A stretch of DNA of 64,000 nucleotides from Basidiobolus meristosporus CBS 931.73 (Eukaryota; Fungi; Basidiobolomycota), in contig MCFE01000078.1 in NCBI GenBank assembly GCA_002104905.1, positions 1 to 64,000 of the forward strand, given 5' to 3'. How positions within the stretch are numbered: position 1 is the stretch's first letter; every line of letters starts with the position of its first letter. Of the stretch, positions 36,640-50,336 are shown piece after piece. Made by a program: the position numbers and the translations under genes. The notes under the pieces are model-generated. The model was not told the DNA's origin, did not search any database, and saw nothing but the letters and a program-made list of their open reading frames with translations.

Positions 36640-38443
36640 ATGAAATTCTTTTCCGAGAAGCATCTTGCCACCATCAGGAGAAAGAAATGGTGGTTCATTG
36701 GTGGTACGGCCCTCGTTGTTATTGCCATCATAGCGATTGTTCTAGGGGTTGTACTGACAAGGAAAGATAAAGATGGTATTATGCCCTCTATCTGCATTAC
36801 GGGTATGAACCAAACCAATTCGATCAATGGTGGTGGATCCACGCAGGTTGGCGAAATAAGTCCTGCAAGTAAATCTGGGACCAGTAACCTTATATCACTT
36901 GCTCCTAACTCAACAGCACTGTGTTACTCCGTTCTAAACAACCTCTACGACATAATTCCGGATTTCTCTGGAGTTGGATACAGAGCTGGTTTGGAGGATA
37001 TTCCGACAAGCATTTCTACTGTTCAAACACTCTCCCCCAGCACCGATGGCTCCGATGACACAGCACGTATCCAAAGCGCCATCCTGGAATTGGGAAAAAG
37101 GCCAGTTGGCCCAAATGGTTATCGTGGAGCACTGCTACTATCATCCGGTGTTTATCGGATCGGTGGCTCTATTAACATCACAGCCAGTGGGATTGTACTC
37201 CGTGGTGACTCCAAAGGGAATACAACATTGCTGGCTACCGGAAACTCCACCTACACCGTTATCCAAGTAAACGGACCGGTGAATGGACTCCAAAGCACCT
37301 CTTCTAGGTATAATATCGTTTCAAGCTACACCCCTCTGGGAGCCAGACAGGTCAATGTCTCCCCAAGTGATTCTCGAAACTTGCGTGTTGGTGATGAGAT
37401 CATTATAACTCGCACTGGGAACCAAGACTGGATCCAAGCCATTAATATGGCTAATCTCTCAAGCCGAGACCCTCCTGGGCGTCACTCCAAGAACTGGGTT
37501 CCATTTGAGCTACGATTCACTCGGACGGTCAAAGCGGTAGATTACAAGAAAGGAATTATTGGGTTGGATATCCCTTTAACCAACAGTATAGATCAGAAGT
37601 GGGGCGGTGGATACGTCCAAAAATTCACTCTACCAAACCGTTTGCAGAACATTGGAATCGAATACATAAACGGAATCTCCCAATTCGATCCTAGCAAGAC
37701 TAGCAGCATTGGTAGCCAGACACCTTACTTCTCCGATGAAAACCATGCCGATAAACTCATCACCTTCACCGGAGTACAGAACGCATGGGCTAGGTATATA
37801 ACCTCCAAATATTTCGATCATTTCATCGAAGCTGGTGCCAACGCCAAATGGATCACGGTAGAATACTGCTCATACTCGGATCCAGTTTCGGTCATCACTG
37901 GTGGACGTCGATACTCCTACCTCATCGAGTCCGGCGCTGAGCAGATTCTGTATCAGCATGTCACCGCTTCGGAAAGTCGTCATGCCTTTGCATACGGGTC
38001 TCACGTTACGGGCCCCAATGTTTTCTACAATTGTACAGCTCAAAAAGAATACGATACCAGCGGTAAGTCTTTTGGTGCTATCATAAGATCTCGAGATTAT
38101 AGGCTAACTTGTGAGATCAGAACCACATCTCTTGTGGTCAGTGGGCGGCCTGTATGACAATGTAAAATCGAATATCGCTGTTCAAGATCGCGAGTACTAT
38201 GGAAGCGGTCATGGCTGGGCCGGCGCTAATTATCTGCTCTGGAATACCGAGGGAAGCACCACAGTTCAACGTCCTCCTACCGCTTGGAATTGGGCAGTAG
38301 GTGTGGTGGGCAAACATGAAGATGGTGCTTTTGCCAGTGTAGCCCCGCAAGGATGGTGGGAGAGTTTTGGTAGACACGTCTCTCCCCAGAGTATCTACCA
38401 GCAGCAATTACGGGACCGCAAACAAGCCAACTCAAACCAATAA
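36640..38443 (+). CDS. Type II membrane-anchored right-handed beta-helix (pectate-lyase-like superfamily) protein of bacterial type, 2 exons
   Basis: N-terminal basic stretch plus TM helix; IPDFSGVGYRAG, DDTARIQSAI, GYRGALLLSSGVYRI, SGIVLRG, GRRYSY, SRHAFAYG, EPHLLWSVGGLYDN, GSGHGWAGANYLLWN. Single intron 38063-38120. Confidence 0.8.
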
Positions 38444-38911
38444 TTTCTCGTAAATACAAGAAGTATCTAAAAGATTTAGAGTGATGGTTTCTGTTGTACA
38501 CATGAGATATTGGTATGAATACCAAACTTTGTAATAACTTCATGTAAATACACACAACACACAATAAAATTTCCCGATTTCACCATATTCCACATTGGAT
38601 TCTGATATCCATTGTTACCTTATGACTGCGGAAAACCTCTGGCTTTATGCTACAGGCATTATTTTTATTGATATTTGATGGTTCTCATGAAGTCATATCA
38701 ATATATGTTGATCGGACTAGACCAGAGAGCGCATCTTGGTTTGTATATTGCTGCTAGGACATCAATTCTGTGAACAATAGACTTGAGTTCCGAGAAATTT
38801 ACTATATACATGATGTAGGATTGAAATGGGTTATATGCCAAGTGAAAACCTTATTGATCAGTAGAATGGCTGCTAAATATATGACACAAGCACAACAGTG
38901 ATAACTTGAGC

Positions 38912-40966
<2,055 letters not shown>

Positions 40967-41896
40967 ACTCCGGCATGCCTCCCGGATCAACTTGGCATAC
41001 CTAGCACGTACGAAATGACCAAGGAATTTATGGCTTATAAACTTGCTAAAGCGCATTGTATATAATCCTCAGCTTAAATCTTAAGAATTAGGCTGTTATG
41101 GTGAGGAATAAATCAATATTTGTTTAAGAAAGATGAGTTAGATGTTGGTGGATCGATTAAAAACCTTCGCTAACTAGCAAGGCTGACAAGGCGAAAAAAA
41201 TACGACTTCCAGGAAAGTACAGGTTCCTTGACCTAAGTCACAAAAGCTGTGGGAATGCGACTCGAGACCTCCAATAGCCTGTAAAAGGAAATGTGATATT
41301 AAACAATCAGCCTAACATAAAATAGAATTGAGTTCAAAGACAATTGTTTCAGATAGAATAGTAGTGATATTGGATTAAAATAGCATGAATCACCTTCAGC
41401 TTTCTAACCTGGACTCAAATTTCGCTTGACTCACCTGAGGTGTATGCGACAGCTAAGTGGCAATTAAGGAAAAGGACGACTGAAAAGGGGCGAATGATTG
41501 GCTATGGCACTTAATCAGAAGATGAAAGATTATCAAAACGGCAATGGACACTACGATAGGCTGTAATCTATTTTTACCATAATGGCCAAATCAACTCAAA
41601 TTCATATTGAGTCGAATTGCCATTCGCAACCGCGGCTAGTAACCCCACAGTTTGACAGTGTTGATGCACTATGTTATTTGTGATTACATTCAGTAGTATG
41701 TAAATACCATTCGTGCACTTTTCTACAGAAGTCGAAGTTTGCTCCATCAACCTATTCGAATAAGTATGTTTTCGGAACAGTAGTTGACTATCTTACCAGC
41801 ACTACTATGCACCTGCAGCATCTGGTGGCTATATCTGGTTAATTCTAGTTGGTGGACGGGCCCTATGATATATTGTCTAATAGATATATAGCTTTT

Positions 41897-42843
41897 TTAT
41901 TGAAACGCTTCACATATAGGTAGGAAAAACTCTTTCTGATCTACCACACGCAAAATAAAAATCAAGCCATCATCCGTATGAGTGATAACGGCCTGTAACT
42001 CGATATGTTGAAAAGTCGGGGTGGTCCAAGTAAACTCAATTTTGTTGCCGACAGATTCTTCGTATATTACTGATTTGAGTTCCTCACGGACTTCATTCAG
42101 GTCTTCGTAATGAACATGCTCGAAGAGAGAAGTATGTTTAAGCTCTTCTGGAGAAGAGCCGAGCATGTCTGTAGATAGTCTTGAGCAGAACACGATAGGG
42201 TAACCCTCCAGGTTATGGTCAACAATAATACAGACTCGTACTTCAGGAGGCGAGTTAGGGGTCTTTGAGGTTGTTTTTGATAGCGCTTGGTGGAGCTCTT
42301 TTGATGTACTGAAGGCATTTGGGGCTCCCTGTAGAGTTGGGATGAATAAGGCGGCTTCTTGCCGAAATGAAACGTATTACTTACCAGGACGTGGATGCTT
42401 TGGGTATTCCAGATAGTGATGATATCCTCGGCTAAGCATGTTCTATCTTTCACAGAGAACGTAGTGCTGTTAGTTGGGGTTTACAACAATTCAACGATTT
42501 GATAAGGAATAGTACCGAAGAGCTCGGGATAATCGGCTTCACGCAGCAGTCTATTAGAAGAGACGATAATATCGTAGCAGTAGTTAAAGGAAGCCTCTAT
42601 CAATACATATCCTTTAGCTGAAAGGACGCGGAAATATACAAGGGTGGCTATTTTTTGCAGCTCTACACAAGTTTTGATGATCATATAAAGCCCGCGGCGG
42701 TCTTCAGGATGAAACCAGTTCTCTGCATTTTTCCCTACCCATTGTTGCCCAGAGAATCCCAGTACATCCTTGCAACCATCTGATAGATAAATCATTTGCA
42801 TGCTATCTACACTTGCGATCGAGATAAACGATGCCTTTGGCAT
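41897..42843 (-). CDS. Tandem PAS-domain protein with no evident output domain, 3 exons
   Basis: PAS1: IYLSDGCKDVLGF..WVGK..WFHPED. PAS2: EVRVCIIVD..YPIVFCS..MLGSSPEEL..SLFEHVHYEDL..IELQAVITHTDDGLIFILR. Two short introns restore the frame. Confidence 0.85.
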
Positions 42844-43274
42844 TTATTAAGAGAATTATTGCGTGTGAAAGGGGTAAATATCAATCGACTCCTATAATAA
42901 CAGACTTATGTAATATGGAAAAATTGATGAAATAAAGATGAGAGGTAATTAAATAGTCTCTGATTGAGTGGGATGGAAATGGATTTGGAATTGTCAAAAT
43001 CTGGAGTGCGCCCATGTAATTGTGGAGGTTGATCAATTTTATTGATGCAGCTTACTTATATATACAAAAAAGTATTTTGTTCAGTATTAGAAGCGTCTTG
43101 TGTATATAAGATGTGGTAACTTCATGAATGGCCTCATTTGATCAATTGGCAGAAACTCAAGCGAAGCCTAGACCGTGCATGGACCTAGTGGCCAGAAGAG
43201 TGCCTGATATTAGCAATTGCCAGATTCAGTGACAAGAAGTACGGAAGTACAACAAACCTGATGGTAGCAATCTA

Positions 43275-44180
43275 CTACTTGACTGTTTCAGAACCACTAC
43301 CATCGTCAACTGGTGAAGTGATTCGTGTATCACCAAGTCTCTTCATACCGGTATAAACCATGTAGCTGGCAACCGCGTCTTGAGCTGCATAGACAACATC
43401 CTTCTCCCGTAGCTCGCGTTTGTCCCACCGCTTAAAGTGCAGGTGTTTATTGAGTTTCATATTTCCATATTTGTTTGCAAGTGACTTCAGAGTAGTATTA
43501 CGGTGGCCTAGCCTGAGGGCCATGTACTTGAGGTCTAAAACGTTTTCGCATTTGATGTTGTAGGAGTGTTTTAAAGCCCAGGAATCACGATGTGCACACA
43601 CTCCAACTTTCATTATATCGCTGTCTTGTAAAAATAGCTGCAGTGAATGGGGGAAGACAAGCCCTTCGTTGACAATTCGTTGAATGTAAATCACTAAGCA
43701 TATATCACGAGTGGCTATTTGAATCACCGAGACTTTGCTGAAATCACCATCTGACTTCGTTCTGGTTTCAGTGTCAAAGCCTACGACTTTTTCCGATTGA
43801 TGTTTGATATGTGCACGAAGTAGTTGTATTCCTTCCCTAACTTGCTGTTCGGTTTTAAGAGTGTAAACCAGAGTGCCGGTGAGTCCGGGTAGTTTTTGGG
43901 CCTTGGTTGACATAAAGACATTAATGATGGGCTTTTGAGGATCGGAATGGAGTTTTTCCTTTGAAACAGAAATGCTGCCAACGTCCGATCTTGGTGTAGC
44001 CTCGGTTGTTATGTCTAAACCACTAGCCTTTGCATTATTCTCTAAAGCGTTTCTCTCGTTTTGTGTACCTAGATGGAGGAGGGCTGTCTTACTTTCGAAG
44101 AATTTCAGTCTCCAGGGTCTGTATGAAACCGGACAAACACGAATACAGGTCTTGAAGCTCTTTGTGAGTATGGTTACCAT
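43275..44180 (-). CDS. DEDDy 3'-5' exonuclease (WRN/EXD2-like), single exon
   Basis: ExoI VVGFDTE, VSVIQIAT, KVGV..D (ExoII region), DLK..LKSLA, W..R.L..VYAAQDA (ExoIII). First true ATG at 44180. Confidence 0.9.
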   Translation of the reverse strand: MVTILTKSFKTCIRVCPVSYRPWRLKFFESKTALLHLGTQNERNALENNAKASGLDITTEATPRSDVGSISVSKEKLHSDPQKPIINVFMSTKAQKLPGLTGTLVYTLKTEQQVREGIQLLRAHIKHQSEKVVGFDTETRTKSDGDFSKVSVIQIATRDICLVIYIQRIVNEGLVFPHSLQLFLQDSDIMKVGVCAHRDSWALKHSYNIKCENVLDLKYMALRLGHRNTTLKSLANKYGNMKLNKHLHFKRWDKRELREKDVVYAAQDAVASYMVYTGMKRLGDTRITSPVDDGSGSETVK

Positions 44181-46090
44181 GAAATTACAATACAGGACCA
44201 AGCATCAAACCCTGCAATTTTTATCAATTTCAACTTTTTAATGGGGTTTACAATCAAATTACCTATCCGTATTATTTATCCATTTCATATTGATAAGTAG
44301 AGGCCCATGATCAAAAGAGATCAAACTTTAAAACAGATAAAAGTTTGCGTCATGCTGGTAGGCGTTTGTAATAGCGTACTTCATAACTAGAATACAGTCT
44401 ATTCAGTGGGGTTGCCTAGAAAAACCAGTAGAGCCTGAGAACACTCATAACAATGAGTGCCTATTCAAGGAAGTCCACTTCCAAGGTCGGGGGCACGAAC
44501 TAGTTTACATCCTCGGCGCTCTATGGTCGTATCAGACAGTCAAATATTTGATTGATCAGAATGTTAGTGGATTCTTGGATGGCTGCTGCCTGATGCATTG
44601 GCCAGGTATCTCAGGTTGCTCCACCTCTTCCCCCAAAATCAAGTAGATATCTACAACCATCAGATAATTTTGCTGCCCCAAGTCTTCTGGCAATTATGTA
44701 TAGCAATAGCAAGGCAATTGTGGCCCCGGACATATGCCTAATAGATTGCTGAAGATAGGGTTACTAATTATCCAGACAAATGTGATTTGACAATCGACTC
44801 AAATGAACTGTACATGGATGGAATGTAAGCATTGTAATGAAAAATACTGGTCTGTATATTGGCAAGTTAGCCACATGCTTCGAACATTTCATGGACACTC
44901 GACAGCAGTATACAAGATTATATGGTCTGATCTGTAAAACCGATTCTAAACTGTTACAAGATTAGGAATATTTGCTTCCCTGCATCCCCATCAACAATTG
45001 TTCAATTATGGTAAGTATGTGTCGAAAGCTGCCGATTTCTGCTTTCTTTGTGCTCTTATCACCCCAAGTTTACCGGGTGCTCATGCCTTCTAAGACATTC
45101 GCAAATCTTCGCTTGTAGGGAGAACTGGAGTAATTTTATGGTCAGACATTTGTGTACGCGTTCTAGAACCTCAGGCAGAATTATTTTCAAGATAGAATGT
45201 GATAAGAGTGCTTCGAAAAGATAAATGTGTGATGTGTTCCAACAACACTAGTATAGTTAGCTACTGATCTGCATCCAGGTATCTCTCCAAACCTATAATT
45301 GGTAAAATGGACGATTTCTTATTGCCCTCCTACGTTGCAGAGGCGTTACTGGAATTTAACGGCCGTAAGTTGAGTGTAAAGTCGTTGCATTATAGCCTAG
45401 ACTAGAGAGGTATTACCAATGTATCACAAACATCCACCTGTACTTTGATGTGAGATCACATATTCTAATTCACCATGACGACTCACCCACCGCCAATTTG
45501 AGTGAGGAGTGGCCCCGGGTAAAGTGACTGGAGGTGTTCCGATCATTACACTTCATCTGCAGTAGATCATTGTTAACAAATACAGTATCACAATACAAAA
45601 GGCACATCCAAATAGAAGCCTCTTGCTATTTCTTAAACATATCGGTGACAAACCATATATCAACTACTGGATAGCTATCTACTTATGAGAGTAACAGCCG
45701 AATTATGGAGGCATCTTGATAGCCACCAAATATGGAGGTAAAAGCGCTGAGCATATTTGATAGCTCAACGGGGCAGCTTAGTTCTTGATGCACCCACCTA
45801 CATATGCTTTCCATCGATTCTCGTCCATTCCCGGTGTCTCCAGGGACCTCGGATATCACCGGGCTTGGAGTTCCCAGTACATAGTGATATATTCATTAAG
45901 ATTACCTTAGTTGCCGTTTACCAATTTGGAGAATTCCAACTAACCAATTGTGAAACTTTTTGTAGGACGAACTCGGCTCTCAAGTATGCAAATTACACTC
46001 ACAAATAGATATAAGCAAGCTAGCCAGCGTTGGGAGCAGTAATACGAACTTCATACTTTCCTTGAACATCCCTTGCTTCTCTCATTAATC

Positions 46091-46483
46091 ATGACCATTC
46101 GGCCAACTACCCAGCCCGTTCTTGACGAAGCTTCTTTAGCTTTGGTATTGTCCTCCTTTCATGAATATAATTTGGCGGACACATGCATCAATAATTACTT
46201 CAGAAACTTGAATACCCAGACGATGCTTTCCATGCAGGCCAAGTTTCTAGCCCATGCATTAGGTGGAGCAAAGTTAAACCACAAGATAATGAGCATGAAT
46301 CATCGTCACCTCAAGCTACAGGATCATCATTTTGACGCAGTGATGAACAACTTGCACAAAGCTCTAAAGGACCACGATTTGACTGAGGCCGAAATCAATC
46401 ATGTTCTCATAGCTGCCGAAGGCACCCGAGACAGCATGCTTGGGAGGACTACTCGTAGAATCGTATCTTCAGATTTTGATTGA
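46091..46483 (+). CDS. Group I (N) truncated 2/2 haemoglobin, intronless
   Basis: SF-H..LAD..INNYF (B helix, CD1 Phe), QAKFLAHALGG (E helix plus GG motif), MSMNH (proximal His F8), LKLQDHHFDAVMNNLHKAL; 130 aa. Confidence 0.85.
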   Translation: MTIRPTTQPVLDEASLALVLSSFHEYNLADTCINNYFRNLNTQTMLSMQAKFLAHALGGAKLNHKIMSMNHRHLKLQDHHFDAVMNNLHKALKDHDLTEAEINHVLIAAEGTRDSMLGRTTRRIVSSDFD

Positions 46484-47360
46484 TATAGTAGCCGAAATTG
46501 ATAATACCATTGCTTATCATTTGAGGCTTGACCATCATTTAAGTTTGAAGATCTTATTCCTTATTATTGATTGGTTGCTCGACCCTGGGTTTCATGATGT
46601 ATCATATTATTTTCATATCCTTTCCTGGCTATTTAGATTTCTTGTGGTTTATAGTATTTACGATATCTACCCATTCACAGCATCAAATTCGAATTCATTA
46701 AAGGCCAAATTTCTCAATAGTTGAATTGGATCAGAAGCCAGTGGAGCCATCATTCATGGCATCCTTCCGATGAACCTTCAGCAGAAATTATCCAAGGTTT
46801 TGCGTGTTCCAATTACACAGTCCATCTCAATGAGCATATTACGGCAGTTAAATGGAGGTGTTGTGTGCACGTACTCCGATTGGCCTCACTCAGTCTCACA
46901 CATTCAACCGAGTATCTGGTTACTTATCTATGTTGAAATTTCACGATTAATCATACCTAGTTTGACGCAGACTGACAGTGATGTAGAGTCGACTGCGGAA
47001 TTGCTGCTGCTTTGTTTATCTGATTTATTTTCGACAGGGGTCATAATCCGTCATTGTCATATACAACGACTAAAATATGCCGCAGTTATATCAGAAATGC
47101 TCAAGATAAACATGATAAATTTGTACCCATATCCCGGGCTGATTGGATGGTACATTCAAGGGAGCCAGGTTTATTTAGTGTTGTTTGCCCAACTTGAGCC
47201 TCTTCAACCATATCTCCTACCATACCATCCTGCCTTCACACAATTTTTGACTCAACTCTAGTTCTCAAGAGTCTCAGCCTTTTCTTTGGGAGCTCACAGT
47301 GTCCTTGAACTATTTTTTTGATACTTTTGCGTGTCACAAGCTCCAAAACTAACGTGAATT

Positions 47361-50025
47361 ATGAGACGAAGCCAAGCTCCTAGTCAGGTGCACCTCAACG
47401 TAGGGGCTTCTACTACACCCCGCTTCAATTCCCCCTTTAAACTTGGAAAGCCATATACTTCACCCACTACACCTTCTACTACCCCGTCGAAAGAAAGCAA
47501 GTCATCCGCTGTACGTGTTTCGAAGCGAGTTTCTCCCAAGCGCAAACAACTTTCCAGTTCTTCTCAATCGTCTTGTGAAGGTGGTTCCGAAGAAGAATCA
47601 ACTTCAGATCAACGCTGTCCATCAGACTACGAATTAGAGGAAGATTCCGAACAGTCTCCGAGTGGAAAGCGCAAAAAATCGACACCTCAAAATACTCCTC
47701 GTACTCCTTTATCTTCAAAGACTGTTGATAATGAACACAATCGTGGCTCGGTTACTCCACGCCCAGGTGGCATAAACGTTCTAAGCAAAGCGTTTAGAGT
47801 TCCCACGATGAAAAATGGGAGTCCTGCGTTGGACCCTAGCCAGCGTCTCCGTCCGTTGACTTTAGGTGTACGTAGAAGACCTGCGGTTATGTGCCGTCCG
47901 TTACATGACCCTGAAGAAGAAGGCGCTCTCATATTATACGTCCCCCCTGTTCTGAGTCTAACCGAGCAACTCGAGCAGCTAAAGAGCAACGCGAAAACTA
48001 CGGATACTGAACCAAAATCGCCCGCCACAAAGCAACCCCCGCCACAAGTTCATGTAGTTGTCGATCCCAAGTTAACTAAGGTTTTGAGACCACATCAAGT
48101 TGAAGGTGTGAGATTTCTTTATGAGTGTGTTACAGGTCAACGAGTGGAAGACGCATATGGCTGTATCATGGCTGATGAAATGGGACTTGGCAAGACTTTA
48201 CAATGCATCACGTTACTATGGACATTAATTCGACAATCCCCGGAAGCTGGAAAACCTACAATAGACAAGTGTGTAATTGTCTGTCCAAGTAGTTTAGTGC
48301 GGAACTGGGCCAATGAATTAGGTAATGTGTGATGCCATAATTTCCATTTATTCATTATTGCTAATAGCTTGCATATGAAGTTAAATGGCTAGGCCCCAAT
48401 AGTATTAACCCACTCGCGTGTGACGGGAAAGGTACTAAAGAGAAAATTACCCAAGAACTCCAGAAGTTTGTATCTGGTCGTGGCCGCATGAATATATACC
48501 CCGTATTGATCATATCATACGAAACTTTACGGATACATGCACAGCTTCTTCAAAAAACACCAATTGGACTTTTACTCTGCGATGAAGGACATCGTTTGAA
48601 AAATTCAAACTCGCTGACATTTCAGGCATTGAATCTTCTTCAAGTACAACGAAGAGTCATCTTGTCAGGCACACCCATCCAAAATGATTTGTCTGAGTAC
48701 TTTAGTCTTCTAAATTTCGCAAACCCCGGTTTGTTGGGATCACCAGCGGAGTTTCGAAGAAACTACGAGAATCCTATTCTTCGGGGCCGTGATGCTATGG
48801 CAACACAACACGAGAGAGACATCAGTGACAAGAAGCTGACGGAACTGTATGCGATTGCAAACAAATTCATTATCCGGCGAACAAATGATCTACTCTCCAA
48901 GTACTTGCCATTGAAGTACGAACATATCGTATTCTGCAAGCTCAGTTCGCTTCAACTGGATTTATACAACCTCTTTGTCAATTCAAAATCAGTCAAGAAA
49001 TTGCTATCGGGATCAGGGTCACAGCCTCTAAAAGCAATCACTATGCTGAAGAAACTTTGTAATCATCCTGCCTTGTTGAATTTGCCCAAAGATCTGGAAG
49101 GCTCCGAAGAGTTACTACCATCGAACTATTCAAATCAAGTACTCGACGCTCAACTATCCGGAAAGATGTTGGTCCTTGAGCGAATGCTGATCAACATCAA
49201 AAGTAAAACTGATGACAAGATTGTACTTATCAGTAATTACACACAGACTCTAGACATATTTGAAAGAATGTGCAGAGCCAGAAGGTCAGTCCAGTGCGAC
49301 TTCGCTTCGATTATTATTTGTTACATTATACTAAAAACCTGTTTCAGGTTTCAATTTCTCAGGCTAGATGGCTCCATGACTATCGCCAAACGACAACAGC
49401 TTGTAGACAAGTTCAACAATCCCCAAGGTCCAGAGTTTGTCTTCCTATTAAGTAGTAAGGCCGGTGGCTGTGGTCTTAATTTAATAGGTGCCAATCGTTT
49501 GGTGCTTTTCGATCCTGATTGGTAAGTCTTGGAAGCTGGATGCTTCGTCGTGAAATTCTAACGATGTCGTTGAAATCTAGGAATCCTGCCTCGGATCAGC
49601 AAGCGTTGGCACGTGTGTGGCGAGATGGACAGAAGAAAGATTGTTTCATATACCGATTTATTGCTACTGGATCAATCGAAGAAAAGATCTTCCAGCGCCA
49701 GTCTCACAAACAATCGCTCAGCAGTTGTGTCGTTGATGAAGAGGAAAACGTAGAGCGGCACTTTTCACTGGAAAACTTGAGACAACTATTCAAACTGAAC
49801 ACCGAAACGATGTCCGAAACACATGATACATATAAATGCCGTAGATGTCTAAAGGGCCGTCAGCATCAAAATGCCTCGGAGCCGATGTCCTATGGTGATA
49901 GCTCCTCATGGGATCATTACAGTGAATTGGAGTGGATGAAGGTGTATGATAGTATACTTCGAGAAGCAGGAAAAGGAACTGCCTCGTATGCTTTCCAATT
50001 CAAATCCCAAAGATTAGGCTCCTAG
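47361..50025 (+). CDS. RAD54: SWI2/SNF2 DNA translocase Rad54
   Basis: [156 protein letters not shown]. Confidence 0.97.
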
Positions 50026-50336
50026 GACATTTCACCTGTTCTCATCTTTGAGGTCTAGTCATTCCACAATAGAGAATTTAACTTCGACAACCTTACCACT
50101 TCATGTACAGCCGAGATCTACTTTGGAACTCTATCCTGATTGTTGTATTATTAGTATCATATTATATAAATATTAGCAATTTAATGCAGTCGATTTTTGA
50201 TAACTTCTCAAGCGGGGCTGATTTGTTTATTAATTGAAAAAGATAACATCAGATGAGATGTGAGACTTTGATTCAAATCTATAAAGTGTAAAAAGTGGAA
50301 CTGCACATAACAAGCGAAACAGGCAGGAATGTCACA

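Noticed and set aside
46770-47261. 163-aa ORF upstream of RAD54
   Set aside because: Non-ATG start, no domain signal, composition unlike real proteins in this window.
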